IMG/VR virus record: IMGVR_UViG_3300032167_006623
Length of the DNA: 64,000 bases
DNA from: an uncultured virus (IMG/VR IMGVR_UViG_3300032167_006623)
Taxonomy: Duplodnaviria; Heunggongvirae; Uroviricota; Caudoviricetes
Strand: one strand, 5' to 3'
The notes below the pieces were generated by a model. That model made no database searches and was not told the DNA's origin. It saw nothing but the letters and a program-made list of their open reading frames with translations. The position numbers and the translations under genes are program-made. The first letter of the stretch is position 1. Every line of letters starts with the position of its first letter. Of the stretch, positions 8,759-18,049 are shown in pieces.

Positions 8759-10663
8759 TCACCCCTCGCTTTCGCCACGGGTTTTTCTTATCAATTCGAG
8801 AATATCCTCACCCGATATTGTTTCTTTTTCGAGTAATTCCTGAGCTATGGCTTCTGCTATATCATAATTTTTCTCAAGCAGCATTTTTGTTTCTTTCATG
8901 AATTTCTTTGACAAAGCCTGCATTGTCTCATTCGGAACAGCAAATGGTGATATGGTTTTCAATACATCCGTATCGAGCAAACCGTATTCCTCTGACATAC
9001 CGACTTTACATACATAATTGTATATAAGCTTTGTTGCCTGTGTAATATCACTGCTTGCACCATCTGTCATTTCACCGAATTTGATAATCTCAGAAGCTCG
9101 TCCTGCATAACAGATTCTTATCTGCCACTCATATTCAGCCTTTGTGGAAAACTGACTCGTATCCTTATCAGCCTGAAAAACTACACCGCCTACACCTGAT
9201 GTAGAGCCTATAATGCTTGCTCTTGCAATAGGCTTATCCGCCAGATAATTCATAACAGCATGACCTGCTTCATGATAAGCAGCAACCTCAATGTCCTTTT
9301 TGTGTCTCTTGGCATTACTTCTGTTGGCTTTGAAAAGCTTTTTATCAATAGCTGTTTCAAAACATTCCACATCAAGAGCTGTTTTATTGCTCATTGCTGC
9401 CACAAGCTTTGCTTCATTTACTACAGCATTTATATCTGCTCCTGTAAAACCTACCGTTTGTTTTGCAAGACTGTCAATATCAGCCTCACACTTTGTATCT
9501 TTGATATACAAATCAAACAGCTTACGTCTTACTTTCCAGTCTCTTGGCGGGTTGACCACCACCTGTCTGTCAAAACGTCCAGCTCTTACGATTGCCGGGT
9601 CAAGACTATCAGGATTATTTGTTGCGGCTATTACAAAAATACCGCTTTCTTTGTTAAAACCGTCCATTTCTTGAAGCAATGCATTTACTGTTTTATTATC
9701 CTCAGATGTTGTTCCCTGAGCACCTCTCGTAGAGGCTACAGCATCAATTTCATCAATAAATACGACACACGGTTTGTGTTTGCGTGCTTGTCTGAAAAGT
9801 GCTCTGACCGTTTTGGGTCCTACGCCTACATACATGTCGATAAATTCTGACGCATTTGCACTGAAGAATGGAACACCTGCTTCACCTGCGACTGCTCTTG
9901 CAATCAACGTTTTGCCTGTACCCGGAGGTCCTGACAGCAATACACCCTTTGGAATTCTTGCTCCAAGAGAATCAAGCTTCTCCCCTCGCATCATTTGTAC
10001 TATAAACTTCAAATCATCAAGAACTTCATCCTGACCAACTACATTTTCGAAAGTTGTATCAATCTGTCCTTGCATTGAATCAAACTTTTTACCGCTCATT
10101 GTGCTATGCTGCATCAATACCATAAGTCCGGCAAACATGAGCACTATAAGACTTATTGAAAATATGAGCGACCATATGCTCGACATTGCAGGTTCAAAAC
10201 TTCTTATAACCAGATTAACATTGTATTTGACAAGCATATCTCGTCTGAAATTTTCACCGCCAATATACTTTGTTTGACGCCAGTCCTCTTTCTCATAAAT
10301 ATAGCTTTTGCGTTCTTCAGCTGTCATTTCACGGGTTTCATCGTTCAACAGCGTGTATCTCATCATTTCTTTGGACGAATTATAGTATATTGTATCAATA
10401 TCACCTGCTTCGAGACTTTTCATGAATTCACTTGTTGTTGTTTCGTCAGGTGTATTCATTTTATACACGGCTGAATCAAGAAATGTCATTGTCATAAGAA
10501 CTATTGCTATAAGCATCAATGAAATCCAAAGATTTCGTCTGCCGCCTTTGTTGATATGTTTTTCAACAAAAACGTTGAATCGATTAAATAAATCTTTCAA
10601 TCTTGTCAATCCTTTCTGTCTTAAAATACAGTCTGATTTTTTTGCTGCACAGTTATGCTTCAT
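8759..10663 (-). CDS. ftsH: FtsH-like ATP-dependent zinc metalloprotease
   Basis: Two TM segments, GPPGTGKT, VFIDEID, RAGRFDR, HEAGH, GASSD. Confidence 0.92.
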   Translation of the reverse strand: MKHNCAAKKSDCILRQKGLTRLKDLFNRFNVFVEKHINKGGRRNLWISLMLIAIVLMTMTFLDSAVYKMNTPDETTTSEFMKSLEAGDIDTIYYNSSKEMMRYTLLNDETREMTAEERKSYIYEKEDWRQTKYIGGENFRRDMLVKYNVNLVIRSFEPAMSSIWSLIFSISLIVLMFAGLMVLMQHSTMSGKKFDSMQGQIDTTFENVVGQDEVLDDLKFIVQMMRGEKLDSLGARIPKGVLLSGPPGTGKTLIARAVAGEAGVPFFSANASEFIDMYVGVGPKTVRALFRQARKHKPCVVFIDEIDAVASTRGAQGTTSEDNKTVNALLQEMDGFNKESGIFVIAATNNPDSLDPAIVRAGRFDRQVVVNPPRDWKVRRKLFDLYIKDTKCEADIDSLAKQTVGFTGADINAVVNEAKLVAAMSNKTALDVECFETAIDKKLFKANRSNAKRHKKDIEVAAYHEAGHAVMNYLADKPIARASIIGSTSGVGGVVFQADKDTSQFSTKAEYEWQIRICYAGRASEIIKFGEMTDGASSDITQATKLIYNYVCKVGMSEEYGLLDTDVLKTISPFAVPNETMQALSKKFMKETKMLLEKNYDIAEAIAQELLEKETISGEDILELIRKTRGESEG

Positions 10664-10671
10664 ATAAATAT

Positions 10672-10700
10672 ATTATATCACACGCATATTACAGTGTCAA
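10672..10700 (-). promoter_or_regulatory. Promoter for ftsH-HU
   Basis: Minus strand TTGACA, 17 bp, TATAAT with extended TG. Confidence 0.75.
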
Positions 10701-10731
10701 GAATAGATGCTTAAAAAATTAACTATAAAAA

Positions 10732-10772
10732 TTGCAAAAACACTTGATTTATGAGCGTTTTTATGATATAAT
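10732..10772 (+). promoter_or_regulatory. Promoter of the TTGATTTATGAGC family (copy 1)
   Basis: TTGCAAAAA-CAC-TTGATTTATGAGCGTTTTTATGATATAAT. Confidence 0.7.
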
Positions 10773-10814
10773 GCTTATATAAAATACAATCAGACACGAA
10801 AGAAGGTTTGGCAA

Positions 10815-11351
10815 ATGGACATACTTGCACGCAATGACGGACTCGATATGACTCCTGTTCCTATAATCGAAAACAATGTCAATCGTAATAATGAAATCGA
10901 ATCCGTTTTGAAAAATGATGCATGCGATGCACACGACGGCTTTAATACTATAATCAAATGCAGATGGTGCTGCGGTGACATAAAAGAGGTTTATATTCCT
11001 AAATTCAAAGACGGTCATGATGGAAAACCTGTAAGTCTTGTGTTCAACTACACACCTTGTAAAGACTGTCAGGCAAAATGGGATGATTTGATTATCTGTA
11101 TTGAAACTACCGATAAAGAGCCTTATACAAACTGTCTCCCTATAACCTACGATGATACTAAATTTGATGAAAAAGGAAACCCTGTTAAGATACCAATGTA
11201 CCCCACAGGACGTTATGTTGGCATCTATCCTGAATCTTCCGAATCTGTATTCGGAAAAATGGGTAAGGATATCAAAAAAGGCGATGTTACTTATTTTGAT
11301 ACGATTATTTTTGATAAAGTTTTCAAAAACTTTTTCCCCACAGAAAATTAA
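10815..11351 (+). CDS. Hypothetical protein with two CxxC motifs
   Basis: CRWC and CKDC; RBS AAGG. Confidence 0.7.
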   Translation: MDILARNDGLDMTPVPIIENNVNRNNEIESVLKNDACDAHDGFNTIIKCRWCCGDIKEVYIPKFKDGHDGKPVSLVFNYTPCKDCQAKWDDLIICIETTDKEPYTNCLPITYDDTKFDEKGNPVKIPMYPTGRYVGIYPESSESVFGKMGKDIKKGDVTYFDTIIFDKVFKNFFPTEN

Positions 11352-11375
11352 TAACAATGAAAGGACAGATTTTTT

Positions 11376-11636
11376 ATGAAGAAAACAATCACTCAGCTTT
11401 TGATTTTTGCAACAGGTTTCGTCACAGGCGCCGCTGCTGCTGTTTACATCAATGACAAGCTCACCAATCATTATGAACCCGAAAGCATCGACCCTGATGA
11501 ACTGGATGATATTTTTGACAATGTAAACAATAACAATGCTTCTGCTGACCCTTATGATGACCCCGAGGCTCTTTTTGATGAAGATTTCACAGCTGATACC
11601 TCTGAGTCTGATACTGTTGAACCCAAAAACTGCTGA
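11376..11636 (+). CDS. Small membrane-anchored acidic protein
   Basis: N-terminal hydrophobic helix; RBS GAAAGGA. Confidence 0.7.
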   Translation: MKKTITQLLIFATGFVTGAAAAVYINDKLTNHYEPESIDPDELDDIFDNVNNNNASADPYDDPEALFDEDFTADTSESDTVEPKNC

Positions 11637-11642
11637 CATTCT

Positions 11643-11679
11643 AATAACCGCAGATGCTTTTATCTGCGGTTATTATTTT
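11643..11679 (+). terminator. Hairpin/terminator
   Basis: AATAACCGCAGAT / ATCTGCGGTTATT followed by ATTTT. Confidence 0.55.
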
Positions 11680-11704
11680 CAAAATAAAAAAGGAATGATT
11701 CCAT

Positions 11705-12154
11705 ATGTATAACAAATCACAGCAGCCTCACCCTAAAAGCATTGCTGTTCTCCTTTGTATATTATTTTTGTTTCTTACATTTGCAACAGGATTTGAGATA
11801 TATGAGTTATCTCAATGTCAAACCCCTGTTCAAGCTGAATTCATAAAATACGTTAAGACAGGCAGCGGAAAAAGCAGTCAAATAAAAGCATATTACAAGT
11901 ATGATTACAATGGTATCACTTATAAACAAAACACCAGAAATTCAGGCTATAAACAGCCCGAACGTGAAACAAAGGGTGAAATATATACTATTTATATCGA
12001 CTCAAACCACCCCACTCGCTGCAAAAATATTGATTCAAACATTGATATGCATATCATATTTAAACTCGCTATATCAGGTTTGTTGCTCGTAAATTGTATC
12101 ATTTTTTTCAAAAATTCAAAATCTTATTCTAATAATGAAACAACATTCGAATAA
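11705..12154 (+). CDS. Two-TM membrane protein (DUF3592-like)
   Basis: TM, Y.Y.YNG.TY, IYID..HP, TM. Confidence 0.6.
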   Translation: MYNKSQQPHPKSIAVLLCILFLFLTFATGFEIYELSQCQTPVQAEFIKYVKTGSGKSSQIKAYYKYDYNGITYKQNTRNSGYKQPERETKGEIYTIYIDSNHPTRCKNIDSNIDMHIIFKLAISGLLLVNCIIFFKNSKSYSNNETTFE

Positions 12155-12185
12155 AAAAGCTGTCCATTTTATTGGACAGCTTTTT
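12154..12185. terminator. Bidirectional terminator
   Basis: AAAAAGCTGTCCA / TGGACAGCTTTTT between convergent genes. Confidence 0.75.
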
Positions 12186-12187
12186 GT

Positions 12188-13174
12188 TTATTCATTTTCT
12201 TTCAAAGCGTCAAGCTTTTCATCAATTGATATTATAAGTTCTACCTGAGCGTCATATCTGTCAGGCACAATCCATACTCGACGATTGGTTTTAGCCACGG
12301 CTTCATTAAAATAGCCCTCGCTCCATTCATCATTACGCCACGGGTCGCTTATGCCTATACCCATAGAAATCAACTTACTGCCGTCAACTCCGAGTTCAAT
12401 AAGACTTTGTCTTACTGTTTCTGCTCTCTTTTCTGACAAGGATGTTTCTGTTAGATACCAACTGGACGTCTTTGCTATACATCCCACAAGATATATTTTG
12501 CCATCAGGATATCTGTCAAAATACATATTAAATGAATCCACATAACCGCTAAGGGCCCTCATTGCATCTTCTTTATTGGAATATTCGCTTGAATCAGGCT
12601 TGAAGTTGATTATATCCATCGGAATATCAACGGGTGGTCTGTTATCAATGTCATTACATATCGGACAATTGGGGTCATCACAAGGCGTTTCATGATTGCA
12701 AATAGGACAATTTGGGTCATCACAAGGTGTCTCATGGTTACAAATGGGACAATTAGGGTCATTGCAAGGTATTTCATGACCTGCATTTCCATGATGTATT
12801 GGACAATCGGGGTCAAGACAAGGAAGTCCATGTTCAGGATAATCCTCTGTGTCAACACTTGTGTCATTATCTGTGCCACTCTCTGTTGTCTCTTTATCTT
12901 CATCATCAACGGGTATTATTTCTGAATCTTCATTATCATTGCCTGAACCACCATCTTCATTACCATCTGACGGTTCGGACTGGGGGTCCGAACGGATTGG
13001 TTCTAAAGCTGATAATGTAGTATCCTGTACGATAAAAGACGGTGTTTTAAGTAATCCGCTGAAATCATTAGTTACAAAGGCTACTGCCAGCATTATAATT
13101 GTTGCCGCACCTGTAACGGCAGCTATGGTTGACAAACGCTTCCGTGTTTTTGATACCGAAACACCTGTGTTCAT
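12188..13174 (-). CDS. Membrane-anchored OmpA-like (peptidoglycan-binding) protein with Cys/His repeats
   Basis: N-terminal TM, acidic linker, PCxDPxCPI repeats; C-terminal INFKPDS, LSEKRAETVRQSL, G.G, NRRV. Confidence 0.8.
   Translation of the reverse strand: MNTGVSVSKTRKRLSTIAAVTGAATIIMLAVAFVTNDFSGLLKTPSFIVQDTTLSALEPIRSDPQSEPSDGNEDGGSGNDNEDSEIIPVDDEDKETTESGTDNDTSVDTEDYPEHGLPCLDPDCPIHHGNAGHEIPCNDPNCPICNHETPCDDPNCPICNHETPCDDPNCPICNDIDNRPPVDIPMDIINFKPDSSEYSNKEDAMRALSGYVDSFNMYFDRYPDGKIYLVGCIAKTSSWYLTETSLSEKRAETVRQSLIELGVDGSKLISMGIGISDPWRNDEWSEGYFNEAVAKTNRRVWIVPDRYDAQVELIISIDEKLDALKENE
12652..12826 (-). repeat. Intragenic 42-bp repeats encoding HETPCDDPNCPICN
   Basis: Three tandem units plus one diverged unit (PCLDPDCPIHH). 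Confidence 0.85.
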
Positions 13175-13202
13175 ATTGTGTGTTACTCCTCTGTCATATT
13201 TT

Positions 13203-13243
13203 TTGCAAAAAGTATTGATTTATGAGCCTTTTTGTGTTATAAT
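13203..13243 (+). promoter_or_regulatory. Promoter of the TTGATTTATGAGC family (copy 2)
   Basis: TTGCAAAAA-GTA-TTGATTTATGAGCCTTTTTGTGTTATAAT. Confidence 0.7.
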
Positions 13244-13270
13244 TATAACACGTTGAAAAACATTTGTCAA
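13242..13270 (-). promoter_or_regulatory. Promoter for the OmpA-like gene, overlapping the opposite promoter
   Basis: Minus strand TTGACA, 17 bp, TATAAT with extended TG. Confidence 0.7.
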
Positions 13271-13323
13271 TAGACAAAAAGTATGACTCCATTACTAAAC
13301 TTTTAATGAAAGGACTAAAAACC

Positions 13324-14148
13324 ATGCCTAAGATTAACATTAATTCCATTCCCGAAAATGCAGTAGTATATGTAACAGGAATTGTTGACTACTGCCGTAT
13401 CAAGACTCAGCTTTCCGGTGAAGAACTTGCTGCTGACAACGCAAGACGTACTGCGAGAGGTCTCATCCCTAACGAAAAGCCTCACACTCACATCACACTC
13501 AGTCATTGTCAGGTCGACTTTGCTGACCCTAATGCACCTACTGAAGCTGAGCAGTTTGTTCTCGAAAAGTTCTACCCTTCCAAGATGCATCCTGAAAAGG
13601 GCAACTGCTTCAATCCTCTCAATAAGAGCTCCATTCTGCCTAACACATTCGTGAGAGATAATGCTCAGAGCAAGACTCTTGAACCTCTCATTCTCGAAGG
13701 CGAGCTCGATGTGAACACACCTGTCACCATTACGGTAAGATTCTTTAAGACCAAGCTTAACGCAGGCATGTCTCTTGACTCTGTTATCGTAAACGAAAAG
13801 CCTGTAAGATACTACGCTCCTAATCCAAGTGAGGCGGCTCTCATCGCAAGAGGCTTTACAATCGTAAACAATGTTGATTCCGAAGCACAGGATATTGCGG
13901 CACAGCTTGATGCTCAGCCTGCACCTGCGGCACCTACAACCGCTCCTGCTCCTACAGCTGCACCTTACATGCAGCAGCCTGCTGCTCAGCCTGCACCTGC
14001 GGCACCTACGGCAGCTCCTGCTCCTACAGCAGCTCCCGCTTCAAATCTCCCCACACCTCCTGCCGGCTACACATATGATGAAAATGGCAGAATCGTACCT
14101 ATTTCCGCTGTCAATAATGCACAGCCTACAGGCGGTATCTCGCTCTAA
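13324..14148 (+). CDS. Hypothetical protein, possibly SSB-like, with Pro/Ala-rich tail
   Basis: RBS GAAAGGA, beta-rich N-domain, duplicated AQPAPAAPT.APAPTAAP, next to the primase. The SSB call is contextual only. Confidence 0.5.
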   Translation: MPKININSIPENAVVYVTGIVDYCRIKTQLSGEELAADNARRTARGLIPNEKPHTHITLSHCQVDFADPNAPTEAEQFVLEKFYPSKMHPEKGNCFNPLNKSSILPNTFVRDNAQSKTLEPLILEGELDVNTPVTITVRFFKTKLNAGMSLDSVIVNEKPVRYYAPNPSEAALIARGFTIVNNVDSEAQDIAAQLDAQPAPAAPTTAPAPTAAPYMQQPAAQPAPAAPTAAPAPTAAPASNLPTPPAGYTYDENGRIVPISAVNNAQPTGGISL

Positions 14149-14229
14149 ACATTAACGGCTCTTGAGGTTCGGTACAGGACGAACCTCTTTGAGCCCTATT
14201 TTTACACACCATTATAATACAAAAAGGAA

Positions 14230-15165
14230 ATGCACACAATTATGATACAGGATTTTATTGATAATCAGGTCATCAGATATTTGGCTCCAAAACCATTCTG
14301 GACCGTGAATATCGATGGAAAAAAACCTCTTGACATCATAGAATATCAAAGCAGCGGTCATATCCGCGGAGCTAAAGACGATGGTTGCCTCACCAATTTG
14401 AGCAGTTTATTCCGAATCGTAAACAATGTTCCTGCACAGTTTGTCTACAGCTTAAACGCTGTTCGTGACAAAATTGTTGTTCTGGATATTGAAAAAACAT
14501 GTCCTGATGATATTAAACAAACATTATTGAATCTGCCGTTTATATACGGAGATATTTCAATGTCGGGGCAAGGACTGCATCTTGTATTCCCCTGCCCGCC
14601 TCTTGATGAAATAACAATAAACAAGGTCGCTATGAAGGAAGAACATGGATATTATGAAATATTGATTCATCATTATGTATCATTCACAAACTTCACGATA
14701 TTTCCTCGTTTTACCGCTGAAAATGCACCTATTCAATTTCAGGAAATATGGGATGCTCTCAAAGAAACACAGAAAAACACCATGAAACGTGAATTCAATT
14801 TAGACATTGACGACGAAGATTTGAACTTTCCGCAATATCCCATAATGCGTGAAACCATTTTGAGAAACTTCAGACGCCGTTTTACCAAACAGCCTTCTGA
14901 TTTTCACAATGATATGTCCCGATATGAATTTGCCGTAATAGGCTCGATACGCTATAGCTTGTCTGTAATCAAGGATTTGCCTATGTTCACAAGACATATA
15001 CAGCTGTCAGAAACACAACAGGTTGCAATTGTTTATGACATTGCCAAAAGTGTTATTGAATACAGAGCCAAACATGATGAAATCCGAGATGGAAAACCGA
15101 TGTTGCTATATCAGGTCATAAACAGCTTTGCTACATCCTATGATGATTCACAACGAAAGACGTGA
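14230..15165 (+). CDS. AEP-superfamily primase (prim-pol-like)
   Basis: Motif I VVLDIEK, motif II ISMSGQGLH, motif III YEIL; helical C-terminal domain. Confidence 0.7.
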   Translation: MHTIMIQDFIDNQVIRYLAPKPFWTVNIDGKKPLDIIEYQSSGHIRGAKDDGCLTNLSSLFRIVNNVPAQFVYSLNAVRDKIVVLDIEKTCPDDIKQTLLNLPFIYGDISMSGQGLHLVFPCPPLDEITINKVAMKEEHGYYEILIHHYVSFTNFTIFPRFTAENAPIQFQEIWDALKETQKNTMKREFNLDIDDEDLNFPQYPIMRETILRNFRRRFTKQPSDFHNDMSRYEFAVIGSIRYSLSVIKDLPMFTRHIQLSETQQVAIVYDIAKSVIEYRAKHDEIRDGKPMLLYQVINSFATSYDDSQRKT

Positions 15166-15171
15166 CTCGCT

Positions 15172-15837
15172 ATGTTCAAAGAAAGTCTGCCATCTGCGGC
15201 AGCATTATACTCTTTTGCAATTCTTTTGCCTACGCTTATCATAGCTGTGATTACTCACATACGGCTTAATATTTATTGCGATAAACACAAAAATACCGAA
15301 GATAAATCAATTATTCGAAAAGCAACTTTCTTAAGAGCGATTGTTCTGCTTCTGTTCTCGATATCAGGGCTTTTTATCGGAAATGTGATAAATCTCGGTT
15401 CTACTTTTGCAACTGCTATATCCCAAGGTATGACATCTGACCCTGAAACGGGCAAATATTATATTACCTATGGTGATATGATGAAATTCAATAAGCGAAG
15501 CATAAAAGAAACGGACATAGATGTGAACGACCTCAAAAATAAAGCCGTTATCTACGTCCGCTACGATTGCCCTGACTGCATTATACTGCATGACCAATTG
15601 GCAGAAATCACTGACATGATATTTCTATCATCTCGAAGTGACCTTGGAAAATCAGCAAGAGATATGTATGACATTACGTTGACAGAAGTTCCGCAAGGCG
15701 TTTTTATAGACGCTGACGGAAATTCGACAGTTATTGATATAATGATTAAAGATGAAGACGGACTTAAGCTGGATTTACGGCAAATAGCCATTCTCCGTGA
15801 AATGGCAGCCCGCCATAAACAACTGTCAACTGAATAG
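15172..15837 (+). CDS. Membrane protein with thioredoxin-like CxxC domain
   Basis: Two TMs, then IYVRYDCPDC ... EVP. Confidence 0.65.
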   Translation: MFKESLPSAAALYSFAILLPTLIIAVITHIRLNIYCDKHKNTEDKSIIRKATFLRAIVLLLFSISGLFIGNVINLGSTFATAISQGMTSDPETGKYYITYGDMMKFNKRSIKETDIDVNDLKNKAVIYVRYDCPDCIILHDQLAEITDMIFLSSRSDLGKSARDMYDITLTEVPQGVFIDADGNSTVIDIMIKDEDGLKLDLRQIAILREMAARHKQLSTE

Positions 15838-16408
15838 CATATATAATTGTCGCTATTGCTGCAATCACAGTAATTACGACCAGTATTGTTTCGGACATCT
15901 CGCCCGTGCGGTACAGATAAATCTTATGATTTTTCTTGACCTGTGCGCCGGATGTCCATTTTTTGTATCTGGATATGGGATAAAACCAGCAAATACCACC
16001 CTTTGATAAGCTATCAAAGAATATATGCAGGAAATAACCGCAAGCAAGCCAATAAAAGCATGCTGCCCCTATGCCTAATACTGCAAAAAAACCTGTGACC
16101 CATATAGTATGAGTCCACGTTCGATGTGTAACAGGAACATAAAGCATCCTGCCCATCAAACTGTTTTCTTGGTCACAATCGGGCAATAAACAGCCTAAAA
16201 TAAACATTGCGGCATTTATCAGATACACAAATACTGTTATAGCCGTATACAATAGCTGCGATTCAGTATTTGCAACGAGATGCCAATGCATTTCGTTTGC
16301 GATAATATTATACAATTCTGAATCCAGTGTATAACTGAATGTTCTGAGTCCCGTATCAGCGATTATAACAGCTGATACCCCTGTAATGATATGATTTACG
16401 CCTTTCAT
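15764..16408 (-). CDS. YdjM-like membrane metal-dependent hydrolase
   Basis: G.NH, LLPDCD, HRTWTH, HIFFD, FYP. Confidence 0.8.
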   Translation of the reverse strand: MKGVNHIITGVSAVIIADTGLRTFSYTLDSELYNIIANEMHWHLVANTESQLLYTAITVFVYLINAAMFILGCLLPDCDQENSLMGRMLYVPVTHRTWTHTIWVTGFFAVLGIGAACFYWLACGYFLHIFFDSLSKGGICWFYPISRYKKWTSGAQVKKNHKIYLYRTGEMSETILVVITVIAAIATIIYAIQLTVVYGGLPFHGEWLFAVNPA

Positions 16409-16470
16409 AAAAGTCTCCTATAATGCTGACTGAGATGACAAATTGGGTGTCGTATGGTTACGTTATATAC

Positions 16471-16499
16471 ATCATATCACAAAAAGGCTCATAAATCAA
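16471..16499 (-). promoter_or_regulatory. Promoter of the TTGATTTATGAGC family (copy 3)
   Basis: Minus strand TTGATTTATGAGCCTTTTTGTGATATGAT. Confidence 0.65.
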
Positions 16500-16527
16500 G
16501 CTAATTTAACAGAAAGGATAAATCAAA

Positions 16528-16851
16528 ATGAATGCAAACCCATCTGCTTTCACAGATATGTCTCTCCCTATCAAAGAATTCGTGAGTTTGTTGAACCCTT
16601 TTGATAAGGATAAGCTTTATCGCTGTCTTTGGGAAGATTATGTCCGGGAAGATGTACAGAACCGAATCGATGATACAGCTGATGACTATCAGGATATTTC
16701 CGAAAATGATATGCCCGATATCATTGACGCAGTTGTTTACAAATATGTGCGTGACGGTGATTATGACTGCAATCGAACATATTGGGAAAATATCGACAGT
16801 CTCATTGAAAAGGTTATTGAAGAGAAAGGATTGTTGAATGCCGACAATTAA
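16528..16851 (+). CDS. Hypothetical protein
   Basis: RBS GAAAGGA; first gene of the + strand train. Confidence 0.75.
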   Translation: MNANPSAFTDMSLPIKEFVSLLNPFDKDKLYRCLWEDYVREDVQNRIDDTADDYQDISENDMPDIIDAVVYKYVRDGDYDCNRTYWENIDSLIEKVIEEKGLLNADN

Positions 16852-17149
16852 AAAACAAGAAGTAATTGACGTGATTGAAAACGTCGGTCTTGACTATGTC
16901 ATTCTTTCCGACCGCCTTTTTCGTATCAAAAGCAAAGAACATCGCCCTGATGACCGTTATGACGCTTTTGTTGAAATTTGCGGTGATAAAATCGCCTATA
17001 ACAGCTATATCATCGGAAAGCTTCCTGACCTTGAAAAAGAGCTTCGGCTCATAATTGCTCCCCCTAAAAAATCAAGAAAACACAAAATAGAAGACAATAT
17101 AAATATCAATGAAATGTCAGTCGTTCAATCTGACTCAGAAAGGACTTAA
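16838..17149 (+). CDS. Hypothetical protein
   Basis: RBS GAAAGGA; overlaps the previous stop. Confidence 0.7.
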   Translation: MPTIKKQEVIDVIENVGLDYVILSDRLFRIKSKEHRPDDRYDAFVEICGDKIAYNSYIIGKLPDLEKELRLIIAPPKKSRKHKIEDNININEMSVVQSDSERT

Positions 17150-17152
17150 TTT

Positions 17153-17272
17153 ATGACAACGTTTTGCCCTAATTGCGGTACTTGCATGGAATTTGACGAA
17201 ATTGATTATATCTGGTTTTGTCCTTACTGCGGCTATGAAGATTATAGCTGTGAGGATGATTATATTCTTTAA
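17153..17272 (+). CDS. 39-aa zinc-ribbon microprotein (not in ORF track)
   Basis: RBS GAAAGGA; MTTFCPNCGTCMEFDEIDYIWFCPYCGYEDYSCEDDYIL. Confidence 0.7.
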   Translation: MTTFCPNCGTCMEFDEIDYIWFCPYCGYEDYSCEDDYIL

Positions 17273-17292
17273 AAAAGAAAGGATTTACGCAC

Positions 17293-18030
17293 ATGACACG
17301 AATTGAAGCTCTTGAAAAAATAGCTGAAGATAAGGCTTCGGCTATCCGAAATGCTGAAGAAGCAAAGAAAACTGAACGTGCAGAGCTCATAACAGATGTA
17401 GAGGCTCTTAAAGTCCGTATCGAAGAGCTTTGCAAAACAGCAAATTCTGTTTTTGTTACAAACAAAGAAGCTTTTAAAGCTTTTTTCTGGGATGAAATAC
17501 GACAGAAAAAAGAATCATCTCCGTATTGTATGAAATTCTATCGTACACCCGCCAGACCACCTGTCATTGCTTGTGATTATTTGTACGAAAACAATTTTCA
17601 TTATCGGCTGTCTATCAATATGCATGAAATAGAAGCATCCCATCATTGCAATACTTCTCACAGATGGATTCCATGTGAACCTCATGTTGAGCAGTTACGC
17701 AGCTTTTTGCTTAATTTTGATGATTTTGAAAAAGCTTTTTATGATAAAGTTGATGCTTTTCTTAATGATAACGTAATTTGTCATTTCAATGACACAGCAG
17801 AGCCTGCATCCGATACAGCTGAAAAAAGCACAAAACTCCCTGATATTCAGCAGGTTGTCCGTAAAACTGTTTCTGTTGATGTTGAAACAACACTTACAAC
17901 CAATGATGTTTTCAACTGGCTGACTGCTTGTGATGATATTGCAACACTTCGTTATCTTGGAAAATATGCATATCGTCGCATTTCATCTCTTGAAAACCCC
18001 GATAACGATGACTTCAGGTCACGAGCCTGA
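17293..18030 (+). CDS. Hypothetical protein
   Basis: RBS GAAAGGA; 245 aa. Confidence 0.75.
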   Translation: MTRIEALEKIAEDKASAIRNAEEAKKTERAELITDVEALKVRIEELCKTANSVFVTNKEAFKAFFWDEIRQKKESSPYCMKFYRTPARPPVIACDYLYENNFHYRLSINMHEIEASHHCNTSHRWIPCEPHVEQLRSFLLNFDDFEKAFYDKVDAFLNDNVICHFNDTAEPASDTAEKSTKLPDIQQVVRKTVSVDVETTLTTNDVFNWLTACDDIATLRYLGKYAYRRISSLENPDNDDFRSRA

Positions 18031-18049
18031 AAATATGGAGTGAAACGCT

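Noticed and set aside
10658..10684. dif-like site GCTTCATATAA-ATATA-TTATATCACAC
   Set aside because: The spacer is 5 bp rather than 6, the right arm is poor, and the ftsH promoter and start codon explain the sequence.
10761..11639. 292-aa minus-strand ORF and other long antisense ORFs (e.g. 60588..61364, 55527..56144, 45678..46265, 9260..9850)
   Set aside because: Shadow frames of well-supported genes; no RBS or recognisable motifs.
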